From Treponemataceae bacterium (GTDB taxonomy: Bacteria; Spirochaetota; Spirochaetia; Treponematales; Rectinemataceae): a DNA stretch of 64,000 bases. This document shows positions 30,071-40,144 of the stretch, piece after piece. The notes below the pieces were generated by a model. The model did no database searches. It worked only from the letters and a program-made list of their open reading frames with translations, and was not told the DNA's origin. The position numbers and the translations under genes were made by a program. Positions within the stretch are counted from its first letter, which is position 1. The number at the start of each line of letters is the position of its first letter. The DNA lies in assembly GCA_963678065.2 (NCBI GenBank), contig CAXXVZ010000002.1:320001-384000 (forward strand), in the 5' to 3' direction.

Positions 30071-30715
30071 TTATGCCTGCTCTTTTTCTTTTCCGAAGAA
30101 CCCAGGAAGATGTTTGAGGATAGCTTCCATATTGCCCTTCACCTGCCCGTTCCAGGGTGATTCGTGAATAAAAAACGTTTTGTTCTCCGGGAATGAACAG
30201 AAATGCCGGAGTCGTACAGGTTCCGGCAGTGCATCGAGAATGGTTTGCAGATTCGATGAGAGATCGGTACCTTTCCAGAGGAGTACGAAGCTCTTTTCGC
30301 CTTTGGCAACCTCGCGGCGCTGCATCGAATCGATACCGGTGATATTGGCTTTCTTAAGATACGAAGCCTCGACGAGATGGCTCTCTCCGCGAAGCTTTTT
30401 CTGGGTGAAAATATTGACGAAAAAACGGTCTCTTACACCGATCAAGAGAGAAAAAGGAAGATAGAGGAGCGAATGCCTCGGACTCAGCGTAACAGTGCCC
30501 TTGGCGCTCGTGTATGGATCATTGAGCAAATATGTAAAATTGTACCCTATCGATCCGCCGATATTGACATAGTTGGAAGTTATCGGTCTGAGGGCTTCCT
30601 CAAGATCCTTCGACAAGGTCGATACGATCCAGCGGTTTTTTTTCGTACCGTAGAAGTACGCGCCCGTGGAAACAGCGGCCAGGATTACGATCGCGGTGAT
30701 GATGAAGGGGTTCAT
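30071..30715 (-). CDS. N-terminally membrane-anchored hypothetical protein
   Basis: AAGGA SD + ATG; hydrophobic N-terminus; stop abuts the next start. Confidence 0.7.
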   Translation of the reverse strand: MNPFIITAIVILAAVSTGAYFYGTKKNRWIVSTLSKDLEEALRPITSNYVNIGGSIGYNFTYLLNDPYTSAKGTVTLSPRHSLLYLPFSLLIGVRDRFFVNIFTQKKLRGESHLVEASYLKKANITGIDSMQRREVAKGEKSFVLLWKGTDLSSNLQTILDALPEPVRLRHFCSFPENKTFFIHESPWNGQVKGNMEAILKHLPGFFGKEKEQA

Positions 30716-30729
30716 GTTTTCCTTTACGG

Positions 30730-31650
30730 TTATGGCACGGCTGCCAGAAAATCTGCCACCAGCTCGTTTGTGTCGATGCCGGCAAGGTCGTCTCTGGTAT
30801 GAAGACCGCCTGGCATGAAATCGAATCCAAAAAGGGGGGATGCCGCGAGGCGACTGTCGATAGTCCATGAAGTCAAAGAAATACCGCGTTTGTTCAGGCA
30901 GATTCCAGACAGAGGAATATCGATTCTGTCGAGTTCGTCCTTGATGCGGATCGCCTCGGAGACGGACAGGACATCCGGGTTCAGGACCACCGCCACATAG
31001 CTTTCCTTTCCGAAAAGCGACGAGAGGCCGGCGAGACGGCGTTTGATCGAGCCAAGCTTGCCATAGACTTTGTCGTCATCCTTGTCGACGCAGCTTGAAG
31101 CCACAGGAGAGGCGGGGTTGATCCTTGTTATGGTCGAACGTTTTTCGAGTATGCGCTCGCGCAATTTCGTCAATTCGGCAATCCAGAGATTGGAGATGGC
31201 GGGCATGGCGAGAAAACGCAGCGACAGCGCAGTGGGGGGCGTATCATAGACGACGATGTCGTAATCTCCCGCAAGATCACAGCGGATATGCTCGATGGCC
31301 CAGAGCATGGCGTATTCTTCGGTTCCCGGAGAGTATTTCATGATGTCAAAAAACGAATCGAGATTGAAGGTAAGGTTGTAGGAATATGTTGCCTTCATCT
31401 CTTCGCGGCTCTCGTCGAGATAGCGCTTGATCCAGTAATTCAGATCGACTTCGAGCGCGTACAGATTTGGTTCCACATAGGCGGGAGCATGAGTGAGCGC
31501 CAGACCGAGTACGTCGCCGAGGTTGTGCGCCGGGTCAAGCGATGCGACGAGGACCCGTTCCCCCGATCGCGCGAGGAAGAGCGCGAAAGCTGCGGACATT
31601 GTCGTCTTTCCGACTCCGCCCTTTCCCAAAAAAAAAGCATTTGTTTTCAA
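30730..31650 (-). CDS. single-domain ArsA/Get3/TRC40-family ATPase
   Basis: GKGGVGKT, SLDPAHNLGD, PGTEE, DTPPT, VLNPD; one NBD; TTG start. Confidence 0.9.
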   Translation of the reverse strand: MKTNAFFLGKGGVGKTTMSAAFALFLARSGERVLVASLDPAHNLGDVLGLALTHAPAYVEPNLYALEVDLNYWIKRYLDESREEMKATYSYNLTFNLDSFFDIMKYSPGTEEYAMLWAIEHIRCDLAGDYDIVVYDTPPTALSLRFLAMPAISNLWIAELTKLRERILEKRSTITRINPASPVASSCVDKDDDKVYGKLGSIKRRLAGLSSLFGKESYVAVVLNPDVLSVSEAIRIKDELDRIDIPLSGICLNKRGISLTSWTIDSRLAASPLFGFDFMPGGLHTRDDLAGIDTNELVADFLAAVP

Positions 31651-31688
31651 TACGAAGCCACCTGTTTCAATTGATGTTCAACCAACAT

Positions 31689-31967
31689 TCAATCGACTTC
31701 GAACATACTCATGAGAGATGCGAGGGGATCCTGCGCCATATCAGTTCTCGCGAGCATGATGGTAAGTTCCCGCTCCAGATAAGGCAGAAGCTCGATCGCG
31801 ATGGGAACGGGAGGCGATGGCATGCCGACAAAGCCACCAAGAAGGAGGAGCGAGAAAATATTCTCGAGTTCCTTGAGCTCGAACTCGAGCATGCTCGAAG
31901 CCTTTTCACGGTTGACCTGCAAAATCGTATCAAAAAACGTGCAGAACTTTGCCGCCAACGAAGCCAT
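31689..31967 (-). CDS. small CstA-associated hydrophobic protein
   Basis: GGAGG SD; ELENIFSLLLLGGFVGMPSPP..ELLP motif; lies between cstA and the ATPase. Confidence 0.75.
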   Translation of the reverse strand: MASLAAKFCTFFDTILQVNREKASSMLEFELKELENIFSLLLLGGFVGMPSPPVPIAIELLPYLERELTIMLARTDMAQDPLASLMSMFEVD

Positions 31968-32058
31968 GGATCCTCCATCAGGAAGCGATAGTACTGTTCA
32001 GGAGTCTCGAAGGGTAGTCGCACCCGCCAGTATGTTCCACACCGGACGGGCGCACCAT

Positions 32059-32094
32059 AAAACCAGGCATCGGTGTCGATGACCGATGCCTGGT
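32059..32094 (-). terminator. rho-independent terminator after cstA
   Basis: 13-bp perfect stem ACCAGGCATCGGT / ACCGATGCCTGGT with a short T-run on the minus strand. Confidence 0.75.
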
Positions 32095-32103
32095 CCGGGA
32101 GCT

Positions 32104-33786
32104 TTATGCCGCCACTTTAGAGTTCTTGAAGTTTTTGAGGAAGCTAAAAATCATCGTGAAATTCAGGATAAGCATGAAAAGCGTGATCGCTCCGACGGTG
32201 GCACCGGTGATCACATTCATGGTTTTGGCCATATCATTGAAGAAAGTAGGAATAACGACGACCTCATACCAGACGAGGGCGCAGGTAACCGTCACCCAAA
32301 GAAAAATGGCGGGTATGAGGACTGCCATTGTGTACTTGGGATTGAGTTTCTTGTTGACCCACACCGCTACCGTCAGCATGACCACCGAGGCGAGAAGCTG
32401 GTTGGCGCCGGAGAAGGCCGGCCACAGGACCGAATATCCGCCGGAACGGGCGAGGAAGATACCGACGAAGGCGATGATGATCGAGGCCACCCACTTATTG
32501 TTGAAGAAACCATAGGCTCCGGGACTCTTGTTCTTCATTGGAAGGGCCATCTCCTGAATGATGTAGCGTCCCAGACGGTTGGTGGTATCGAGGGTGGTCA
32601 GAGCGAAAGTCGAAACCCATACTGCCGCGAAGAGGGTCATGAAATCCATCGCGAAGATGGGCAGTTTTGTGCTCACCATCATGGCGAAGGATTGGACGAA
32701 ACGGGGAATGGCTGGAGTCGTCATAAGCTTGTCTCCGAGCGCGGCGGTACCGAAGGCCGCGATGGAGATGATGACGAGGGTGGACAGGAAGCCTTCGACG
32801 AGCATGGCGCCGTACCCGACGAATATGGCGTCGGATTCCTTGGCCAGCTGCTTGGAGCTGGTGCCCGAGGCTACCAGGGCGTGGAAGCCGGAGAGGGCAC
32901 CGCATGCGATGATGAGCGGAACCGTGGGCCAGAACGGCGAGGGCTGACCGCCTATGACCTTGGCGCTGAAGTTCGTGAATAGAGGCACGGAATCGAGACT
33001 CTTGAAGCTGATGAGAGCCGCAATGCCACCGACGATGAGGCCGAAATACAGGAAGAACGAAGAAAGATAATCACGCGGCTGCAGAAGCAGATTGACCGGC
33101 AGTGTGGATGCCAGAACTATGTAGACGAAGATTATCAGGAAATAGATATCCTTGCTCCACTTGACGGGGAGCTGATTGCCGGCGATGAAGGCGGCTATGA
33201 CGAGAACGAGGCCAATGAGACTGCCCCAACCGAGGCCGAGCTTGGTCTTGTACATGAAGTAGCCAGCGATTACCGCAGCGACACAGAAAAACACAAAGGC
33301 AAAAAAGACGCGTCCGTCTACCGCGAACTGGCCGGCGACGATATCGCCGAAGGCGGCTACGACGAGAATGCAGAGGAACATGATGAACCAGCCGAAGGTC
33401 CTGCCGGCTTTCTTGCCGATCAGGTCCTGGGCCACGAACTGCATCGAGCGTCCGTCGTAGCGAACGGATGCGGCGAGGGCGAGGTAGTCATGGATGGCGC
33501 CAAGGAATACATTGCCGAACCATATCCAGAGAAGGCCGGGGAGCCAGCCCCAGGCAACTGCGATTGCGGGTCCGGTGATCGGTCCCGCGCCGGCGATCGA
33601 CGCGAAGTGGTGTCCGAAGAGCACGTATTTGCTCGTAGGCACGTAATCCACGCCGTCGCTGAGGCGCACGGACGGGGCGGCCGCAGCCTTGTCGCTTTTC
33701 AGGATCTTGTCGCGGATCGTCTTACCGTAGGTAAAATAGAAAACCAGGTAAAGTGCGATCGCGAAAAGCACTATCAATGTTGTCAT
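32104..33786 (-). CDS. cstA: carbon starvation protein A family transporter
   Basis: DGVDYVP, GHHFASIAGAGPI.GP, IACGALSGFH, YGAMLVEG, TTLDT, WP.FSGANQL. Confidence 0.96.
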   Translation of the reverse strand: MTTLIVLFAIALYLVFYFTYGKTIRDKILKSDKAAAAPSVRLSDGVDYVPTSKYVLFGHHFASIAGAGPITGPAIAVAWGWLPGLLWIWFGNVFLGAIHDYLALAASVRYDGRSMQFVAQDLIGKKAGRTFGWFIMFLCILVVAAFGDIVAGQFAVDGRVFFAFVFFCVAAVIAGYFMYKTKLGLGWGSLIGLVLVIAAFIAGNQLPVKWSKDIYFLIIFVYIVLASTLPVNLLLQPRDYLSSFFLYFGLIVGGIAALISFKSLDSVPLFTNFSAKVIGGQPSPFWPTVPLIIACGALSGFHALVASGTSSKQLAKESDAIFVGYGAMLVEGFLSTLVIISIAAFGTAALGDKLMTTPAIPRFVQSFAMMVSTKLPIFAMDFMTLFAAVWVSTFALTTLDTTNRLGRYIIQEMALPMKNKSPGAYGFFNNKWVASIIIAFVGIFLARSGGYSVLWPAFSGANQLLASVVMLTVAVWVNKKLNPKYTMAVLIPAIFLWVTVTCALVWYEVVVIPTFFNDMAKTMNVITGATVGAITLFMLILNFTMIFSFLKNFKNSKVAA

Positions 33787-33827
33787 TGCGCCTTCCTCCT
33801 CGATAGAATTGTTATGGAATATTTTTT

Positions 33828-33856
33828 ATAGTAAAACCGGTTTTATTGGTTGTCAA
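33828..33856 (-). promoter_or_regulatory. cstA sigma70 promoter with an embedded LacI-type palindromic operator
   Basis: Minus strand TTGACA (33856-33851), 17 bp spacer, TACTAT (33833-33828); perfect palindrome TAAAACCGGTTTTA at 33832-33845. Confidence 0.8.
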
Positions 33857-33953
33857 CGATTTTTTTTTGCGGGGACTCTACACCTTCAGCATCGCTAATG
33901 GAGTACATTCCCGCCATCTCCGGCAGTTCTGATCGTTCATCCGGGGCAGGAAT

Positions 33954-35213
33954 TCAATCGACCAGAAAGGAAAAATAGAATGTCGCGCCGTGGTCGACCT
34001 TTCCCTCCGCCCAGGTGCGGCCACCATGCCTGCACATGATGCGCCTGACGATAGCGAGGCCGATGCCAGTGCCCTCGAAATCTTCCACCCGGTGCAGGCG
34101 CTGAAAGACATTGAAGAGCCTGTCGACATATTCCTGGTCGAAGCCGACGCCATTGTCTCTCACGAAGAGCACAAGCTCTCTCCCGTCGCCGGGCAGGGTC
34201 CCTATCTCGATCCTCGCGACCTCGCGGGGGCGGGTGTATTTGATCGCGTTGGAGATGAGATTCGAGAACACCACGCTGAGCATCGCGCGGTCGCCCGACA
34301 CGGTGGGCAGACTGGCGACAGTCCACTCGATCTTCCGCCCTTCGGTTTCCGGCTCCGCTTTCCGGATTGTCTCACCGACCAGGGCGCTCAGATCTACCTG
34401 GGCCCGCGAAAATTCCTGGCGACTCATCTTCGAAAACGACAGAAGGTCGTCTATCAGCACCCCCATCTGCCGCGTAGCGGCCAGAATTCTGTCTATGTAT
34501 CTCCGGCTGTTTTCGCAGAGCGGGGCCTCGAAGCTCCTCGCCAGCACTTCGGTGAATCCGGCGATGTGGCGCAGCGGAGCCCGGAGGTCGTGTGAAACCG
34601 AGTAGGAAAAGGCCTCCAGCTCCTTGTTGGCCGCCTCGAGCAGCATGGTGCGCTCCCGAACGCGTTTTTCGAGATCCTGATTGAGCTGGCGCAGATCGGA
34701 TTCCGCCTTCGTGCGGCTGGCGACCTCGTTTTCCAGCTCGCGCATTTTTTTCTCCAGTTTGGCGAAGAGCGCCTCGTTGTGTTTGCGCAGAAACTCCGCG
34801 TCCTCCCCCAAGGGTTTATCGGATGTGAATGCCGGATTTTCCCGGCGCTCTTCCAGAACCTCGCGGACAATTCCGATCAGTATTTCGGGCTTCTGAGGTT
34901 TGACGACGAAGCGCTCCGCCCCGAGACTCAGCGCGAACTCCTCATCCTTCGCCTCGGTGTAGGTGGCCGTGTAGAAGATGAAGGGAACCGGGGAGAGCCC
35001 CGGATCGGCCTTCCATCGCCGGCACAGCTCGAATCCGTCCATGACCGGCATGAGGATGTCGGAGACGACGAGGTCCGGGATCGTGGTTCCGGCGAGCGCC
35101 AGCGCCTCGGCCCCGTTCCTGGCCGAAAGCACATCAAAGCCGTTTCCCTTGAACAGCGCCTCGAGAAGATAGAGGTTCTGGGGAATGTCGTCGACTATGA
35201 GGAGTTTTTTCAT
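33954..35213 (-). CDS. hybrid REC-HisKA-HATPase kinase
   Basis: LIVDD, SDILMP, KP; FSYSVSHDLRAPL; DNGVGF, GTGIGL. Confidence 0.93.
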   Translation of the reverse strand: MKKLLIVDDIPQNLYLLEALFKGNGFDVLSARNGAEALALAGTTIPDLVVSDILMPVMDGFELCRRWKADPGLSPVPFIFYTATYTEAKDEEFALSLGAERFVVKPQKPEILIGIVREVLEERRENPAFTSDKPLGEDAEFLRKHNEALFAKLEKKMRELENEVASRTKAESDLRQLNQDLEKRVRERTMLLEAANKELEAFSYSVSHDLRAPLRHIAGFTEVLARSFEAPLCENSRRYIDRILAATRQMGVLIDDLLSFSKMSRQEFSRAQVDLSALVGETIRKAEPETEGRKIEWTVASLPTVSGDRAMLSVVFSNLISNAIKYTRPREVARIEIGTLPGDGRELVLFVRDNGVGFDQEYVDRLFNVFQRLHRVEDFEGTGIGLAIVRRIMCRHGGRTWAEGKVDHGATFYFSFLVD

Positions 35214-35659
35214 GCATCCCTCGCGCCGGAATCGCCGACAGTGCCGGCATGGTCGGCAACGCTGGTCGCGCCGGCGCTATCGGCCCTGCCGGCGATGCCG
35301 AGATACTCGTCGACCTGGAGCGCGAAAGAGCGCGGATCGATCGGCTTTTCGATGTAACCGGAGCAGCCGGCCTCGGTGGCCTTCTCCCTGTCGCCCGCCA
35401 TCGCGTAGGAAGTGAGGGCGACGATAGGCGTCCCGGCTGTATTCGGACTCTTCCTGAGGATACGGGCTACGGCGTAACCGTCCATGACGGGAAGCTGAAT
35501 ATCCAGAAGTATGAGATCGAAAAAAGAGCCATTGGCCAGCTCGATGCCCTCCAGCCCGTCCCGGGCGCGGACGACGCTGTGCCCATGGGTGTTCAGGATG
35601 AAGTTGACAAGATAGAAGTTCTGATCGTTGTCCTCGATGTAGAGAATCGTCGATTTCAT
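35210..35659 (-). CDS. single-domain response regulator (DivK-like)
   Basis: IEDN, LLDIQLPVMDG, ALTSYAM.GD, YIEKP; ATGA overlaps on both sides. Confidence 0.92.
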   Translation of the reverse strand: MKSTILYIEDNDQNFYLVNFILNTHGHSVVRARDGLEGIELANGSFFDLILLDIQLPVMDGYAVARILRKSPNTAGTPIVALTSYAMAGDREKATEAGCSGYIEKPIDPRSFALQVDEYLGIAGRADSAGATSVADHAGTVGDSGARDA

Positions 35660-37644
35660 TGCGTCCCCCTGACAAGAGGCAGTCTGAATCCGAAAAGGCT
35701 TCCCTTGCCCCACTCGCTCTCGACCCAGATCGATCCGCCCATCATTTCCACGAGCCGTTTGCAGATGGAGAGCCCCAGCCCCGTTCCCTCATAGTGCCGC
35801 GTCAGACCTGTCTCCACCTGTCTGAAGGGCTTGAACAGCTTGTCCAGGTCCGCCTCTCTGATGCCGATGCCGGAATCCGAAATCCGCACCACTATCGATC
35901 CGTCCTCGACAGAGCACACGATCCCGACGAAGCCCGTCTCCGTGAATTTGACGGAATTCGACAGGAGGTTGAAGAGAACCTGCTCGAAACGTCTCCTGTC
36001 GCTCGTGATGGAGCCCACGCCCGGGTCGATCCTGATCCTGAGATCGAGCGCTTTGTGGGCGGCGAGGGGCGCGATGGCGCCGACGACTTTTTCGAGCGAG
36101 GCCCGCGGGTCGAAAGCCTCGAATTTGAGCTCGAGCTGTCCCGCCTCGATCTTCGAGATATCCAGGACATCGTTTATGAGGGCGAGAAGGTGCTCCGAAC
36201 TCGCGGCCACCATGGAGAGCTGCTTCTTCTGCTCCTCGTTCAGGGGACCCGCCAGTTCCTGGAGAAGTATGCCCGAGAACCCGATGATGGAGTTGAGGGG
36301 TGTGCGCAGTTCGTGCGACATGGTGGCGAGGAAGGCCGATTTGAGCCTGTCGGCGGATTCGGCGGCATCTTTTGCCACGGCGAGGTCTCTGGTGCGCTCT
36401 GCCACGACAGCCTCGAGATTGTCGCGGTGTTCAGCCAGCTCCGCTATCGCCCTCTGCCGCCCCTCTTCCTCGGTTCTGATCCGCCCGACCATGGCGGTGA
36501 ACGAACGCGCCAGTATACCGATCTCGCCGACGCCGTTCACGTCGAAAGGCCGACTCATGTCCCCCGTCGCGGCGATCCTTTCGCTGACTGTGGTCAGGCC
36601 CGAGAGGGGCCGTATGACGATGGAGTGGAGGAGAAGGACCGTGAGGAAGCTGAGAAGGACTAAGGCGATGAGGACGAAGAGAAGTATCGTCCTCACGGAC
36701 TCGGATATTTCCTGCCTGACCGAATCGAGAGGAACCATGATGCCGATCTTCCAGCCCAACTCCGGAGAAGTGTAGTGGACCATGATATTCTTGCCGAATC
36801 CCAGCTCTCCCTCTTTTTCCGAGAGGAAAACCGCGGCCTGATCCCCGAGGACCTCGCGTATATTCTTTACGAGAAGGGCGGGATCGCGGGCCGCGATGAC
36901 AAGTCCGGATCGGTCGACGAGGATCATCTGCCCGTACCGTCCCACATCGAAACTGGCGATGTACTCGGTGAGGCTCGTCAGGGTGACATCCGCGCCGACA
37001 ACCCCGAACACCTTTCCCTTCGCGTCGAGGAGGGCGGTGACGACTCCGATGTTGATGTCGGGCGTCGTCACCGACCGGTAGGCCTCCGTCACCATGACCT
37101 TCCCCGGATTCTCCTTCGCGAGGATGTACCAGGGACGGGTCCGGGGATCGTACGCGGTTGGCTGCGCCCTCTTGTGGGACCTGACGAAGGAACCGTTCTC
37201 GCGGCCCATGTAGACCGAACTGACATACTTGTGCGAGCTCCGGTAGCCGTCGAGAACATCGATGATGCGCTGCTCCCGCTCCCCGATCGAGTAACGGAAG
37301 CTCTCCTCCGTGGCGTCGAGGAAATTCGTGAACCGCGAGTCCTCCCTCGTGCGGACCTCCGCGTTGACGGACAGTTGCCGGATGTCGCTTTTGAGTTCCC
37401 CGACGAAATTGGAGATCGCGAAATCGAGATGCTTCATCTGGATTATCGAATCGCCGGAAAACAGGATTATGTTCCGCCTGTAAAGGGAGAGAGGAAGTGT
37501 CAGGCCGATCAGGAGGAGAACGAAGGCTGCGATGCACAGATACATGATCAGGATCCGTGTCCCGAGCTTCATGGAAGCGGGGGCGGGGCGAGACGGACTC
37601 TGTGGGTCAGCGGGAAATTTCCGGAAGAGCGCAGCGGACTTCAT
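35656..37644 (-). CDS. membrane sensor histidine kinase (dCache-HAMP-HisKA-HATPase)
   Basis: GGAGG SD + ATG 37644; YDPRTRPWY dCache motif; EIGILARSF HAMP; KSAFLATMSHELRTPL; GTGLGL. Confidence 0.92.
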   Translation of the reverse strand: MKSAALFRKFPADPQSPSRPAPASMKLGTRILIMYLCIAAFVLLLIGLTLPLSLYRRNIILFSGDSIIQMKHLDFAISNFVGELKSDIRQLSVNAEVRTREDSRFTNFLDATEESFRYSIGEREQRIIDVLDGYRSSHKYVSSVYMGRENGSFVRSHKRAQPTAYDPRTRPWYILAKENPGKVMVTEAYRSVTTPDINIGVVTALLDAKGKVFGVVGADVTLTSLTEYIASFDVGRYGQMILVDRSGLVIAARDPALLVKNIREVLGDQAAVFLSEKEGELGFGKNIMVHYTSPELGWKIGIMVPLDSVRQEISESVRTILLFVLIALVLLSFLTVLLLHSIVIRPLSGLTTVSERIAATGDMSRPFDVNGVGEIGILARSFTAMVGRIRTEEEGRQRAIAELAEHRDNLEAVVAERTRDLAVAKDAAESADRLKSAFLATMSHELRTPLNSIIGFSGILLQELAGPLNEEQKKQLSMVAASSEHLLALINDVLDISKIEAGQLELKFEAFDPRASLEKVVGAIAPLAAHKALDLRIRIDPGVGSITSDRRRFEQVLFNLLSNSVKFTETGFVGIVCSVEDGSIVVRISDSGIGIREADLDKLFKPFRQVETGLTRHYEGTGLGLSICKRLVEMMGGSIWVESEWGKGSLFGFRLPLVRGTQ

Positions 37645-37706
37645 GGACGCAGCCTCCCGAGAAAAACGTGAACCAAATGTAAGCGTAGTGCCGGTTCCCC
37701 CGTCTG

Positions 37707-40070
37707 TCAACCGAGCGTGAAGAAGAAACAGGCGCCCGAATCCGGCTTGGCTTCCGGCCAGACCCGGCCGCCGTGACGCGTCACGATTCTCTGCACGGTG
37801 ACGAGCCCGATGCCGGTCCCGGGAAATTCCTTCATGGCATGCAGGCGCTGGAAGGGTGTAAAGAGCATGTCCGCGTAGGCCATATCGAAACCCACGCCGT
37901 TGTCTTTCACGAAGAAGACCCGCTCTTTCCCCCGTTCCAGCGATCCGACTTCCACGCGGGGCGACTCTGTCTTCGAACTGTACTTGATCGCGTTGTCCAG
38001 AAGATTGTGGAGCAGGATCTGCATGAGGGCAGGATCCGCGAAGGCCCTCATGCCGGGCTCGATATCGACCGCGGGGATCGGGCCCTCCCTCGCCTCCAGC
38101 ACTTCCGAGGCAATGTCGCGGGCAAGCTCGCTCAGATCCATATCCTTCCTTACGAGAGGCGACCGCGTCACCCGGGAAAGCCCGAGCAGGTCCTCGATGA
38201 GCTGCCCCATCCTTCTTGTCGATTCCCTGATCCGGCTGAGGTAATCGAGGCCCTTCTCGTCCAGAACCTGACCGTAGCGCTCCGCCAGTATCGAGCTGAA
38301 TCCCTCCATGGACCGCAGAGGGGATCTGAGATCGTGCGAAACGGCGTAGGCGAAGGACTCGAGTTCCTTGTTGGCGACTTCGAGCTGCGCGGTGCGGTCG
38401 GACACCCGTCGCTCGAGATCCTGGTTGAGGGTCTTAACCTCCTCCTCGGCCTTCCTGCGCTCGGCGATCTCCACCGAGAGCTGCCGGGTTTTCCGGTCGA
38501 CCTTCTTCTTGAGCGACCACGACCAGAGAATTGCCGCGGCGAGGAGCGCAAAAAGGGGAAGGATGACGATGGCGGCGTATCGCACTATGGTGAGAAAGCT
38601 TGCTCCCTCGGCCCTGTACGGCGCAAGCCATTTTTCTTCGATCTTCCGGTATTCCCCCGAGGCCTGGAGGGCGGCCAGTCCCTGCGAGAACTGGGCCAAT
38701 AAAGCCCCGTTGGCATGGGGAAGGGCATAACAGTACTCGGCGGAGAGAACGGGCTTGCCCGAAAGCCTGAGATTCCGCCATCCGTATTTTCTGATCCAGT
38801 ACAGGGCGGGAATCTGGGCCACGAGGGCATAGTCGTGTTTCCCGGAGGCGAGCAGACGCAGGGCATCCTCCTGCGAGGCCACCCGCACGAGATTGCCGCC
38901 GAAGCCCATCTTGGTCGCGAGATCGTCCATGAAGTCGCCTTCCATGACGATGATCGATTTCCCGGCGAGATCCTGGATGGAATCGGGAAGAGGCATATTC
39001 GCCCTGCCGGCGATGACATGGTTGACGATGGTGTGAGCGGGGGAAAAATCGAAAATCCTGTCGCGCTCGGGTGAGTAGAACATTCCCTGGACGACATCTA
39101 TCGCGCCGGTCCCGAGCCCCTTTCGGATCTCCCCCCAGGCCTCGAGACGGATCTCTATCTCGAGCCCGAGCTGTCTCGCGATCGCGCGGGTGAGGTCGAC
39201 ATTGTAGCCCGCCGGCTGCCCGTTTTTGTCGAGGTATTCATAGGGAGGATAATCGCTGTCCCCTCCCACGATGATCCGGCTCCTCGTCTGACCGAAGGCC
39301 TCGATGCCGGAAAACCAGGTCGCGTAGAGCTTCCTGAAGGTCCCGTCCGCCATCACGATGGAGAGTCCCTCGTTCAGAAGGGCGAGGAGCTCGTGGTTAC
39401 CCTTACGCGTCGCGAAGCAGAAGGACTGTTTGAAGTCCTCGAGGGGAGGCCCGACGGTCCTGAGGTTGGTGAACCCGTTTTTCTGGATAATCTGCAGGGC
39501 GACAAGCTTCTGTATGACGACCGCGTCGCAGTTCCCTTGCGAAAGTTCGCGCAAGGCCGTCTCGGCGGAATCGAGAGAGATGATTTTCGCGCCCAGGTTG
39601 GAGCGGAAGAGGTATTCCTCCGCATTGTCGCCCTTCAGGACGGCGACCTGTTTGCCCGCGAGGTCGGCGGGTACCTGGATGTCCGTCGTCCCTTCGCGGA
39701 CCAGGATCGCGCCATGCATGGTAAGGTAGGGGAAGGTAAAATCGAAAATCGCCTCGCGCTCGGGCGTGCGCCCGACCAGTGGGAGAACCTGGAGGCGCCC
39801 GTCCGCGAGGTCCTGCTTTATCTCGGACCAGCGCCCCGTCTTGAAGCTCACATCCCGCCCCACGGCTTTCAGGGCCGCCTGGAGGAGTTCCACCGAAAAA
39901 CCGGTGGCGGAATTGTCTGGATTGACGATGCAGTAGGGCGGATAGTCGTACTCGCAGCCCGAGAGGATAGCCGCCTGTCTGCTCTGCGACGTGGCCACGA
40001 CAGGGGCCGGAATCGTGGTGCCCGCGCACAGGGCAAAGAAGACGAACGCGCACAATGACCGGCTCAGCAT
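37707..40070 (-). CDS. sensor histidine kinase with two periplasmic amino-acid-binding (PBPb) domains
   Basis: Signal peptide; DYPPY..GFSVEL and DYPPYEY..GYNVDL repeats; TM; SHDLRSPL; GTGIGL. Confidence 0.92.
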   Translation of the reverse strand: MLSRSLCAFVFFALCAGTTIPAPVVATSQSRQAAILSGCEYDYPPYCIVNPDNSATGFSVELLQAALKAVGRDVSFKTGRWSEIKQDLADGRLQVLPLVGRTPEREAIFDFTFPYLTMHGAILVREGTTDIQVPADLAGKQVAVLKGDNAEEYLFRSNLGAKIISLDSAETALRELSQGNCDAVVIQKLVALQIIQKNGFTNLRTVGPPLEDFKQSFCFATRKGNHELLALLNEGLSIVMADGTFRKLYATWFSGIEAFGQTRSRIIVGGDSDYPPYEYLDKNGQPAGYNVDLTRAIARQLGLEIEIRLEAWGEIRKGLGTGAIDVVQGMFYSPERDRIFDFSPAHTIVNHVIAGRANMPLPDSIQDLAGKSIIVMEGDFMDDLATKMGFGGNLVRVASQEDALRLLASGKHDYALVAQIPALYWIRKYGWRNLRLSGKPVLSAEYCYALPHANGALLAQFSQGLAALQASGEYRKIEEKWLAPYRAEGASFLTIVRYAAIVILPLFALLAAAILWSWSLKKKVDRKTRQLSVEIAERRKAEEEVKTLNQDLERRVSDRTAQLEVANKELESFAYAVSHDLRSPLRSMEGFSSILAERYGQVLDEKGLDYLSRIRESTRRMGQLIEDLLGLSRVTRSPLVRKDMDLSELARDIASEVLEAREGPIPAVDIEPGMRAFADPALMQILLHNLLDNAIKYSSKTESPRVEVGSLERGKERVFFVKDNGVGFDMAYADMLFTPFQRLHAMKEFPGTGIGLVTVQRIVTRHGGRVWPEAKPDSGACFFFTLG

Positions 40071-40144
40071 GTCCTTCCCCCTATGCCATCGATCCTATAC
40101 GATCACTCCCGACAAGACCATGAGAAGACCATTCGCCGGATCTG

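Noticed and set aside
30730..31650. Second arsenic-pump arsA
   Set aside because: Single NBD, no As-binding Cys motifs, cstA context; gene symbol withheld
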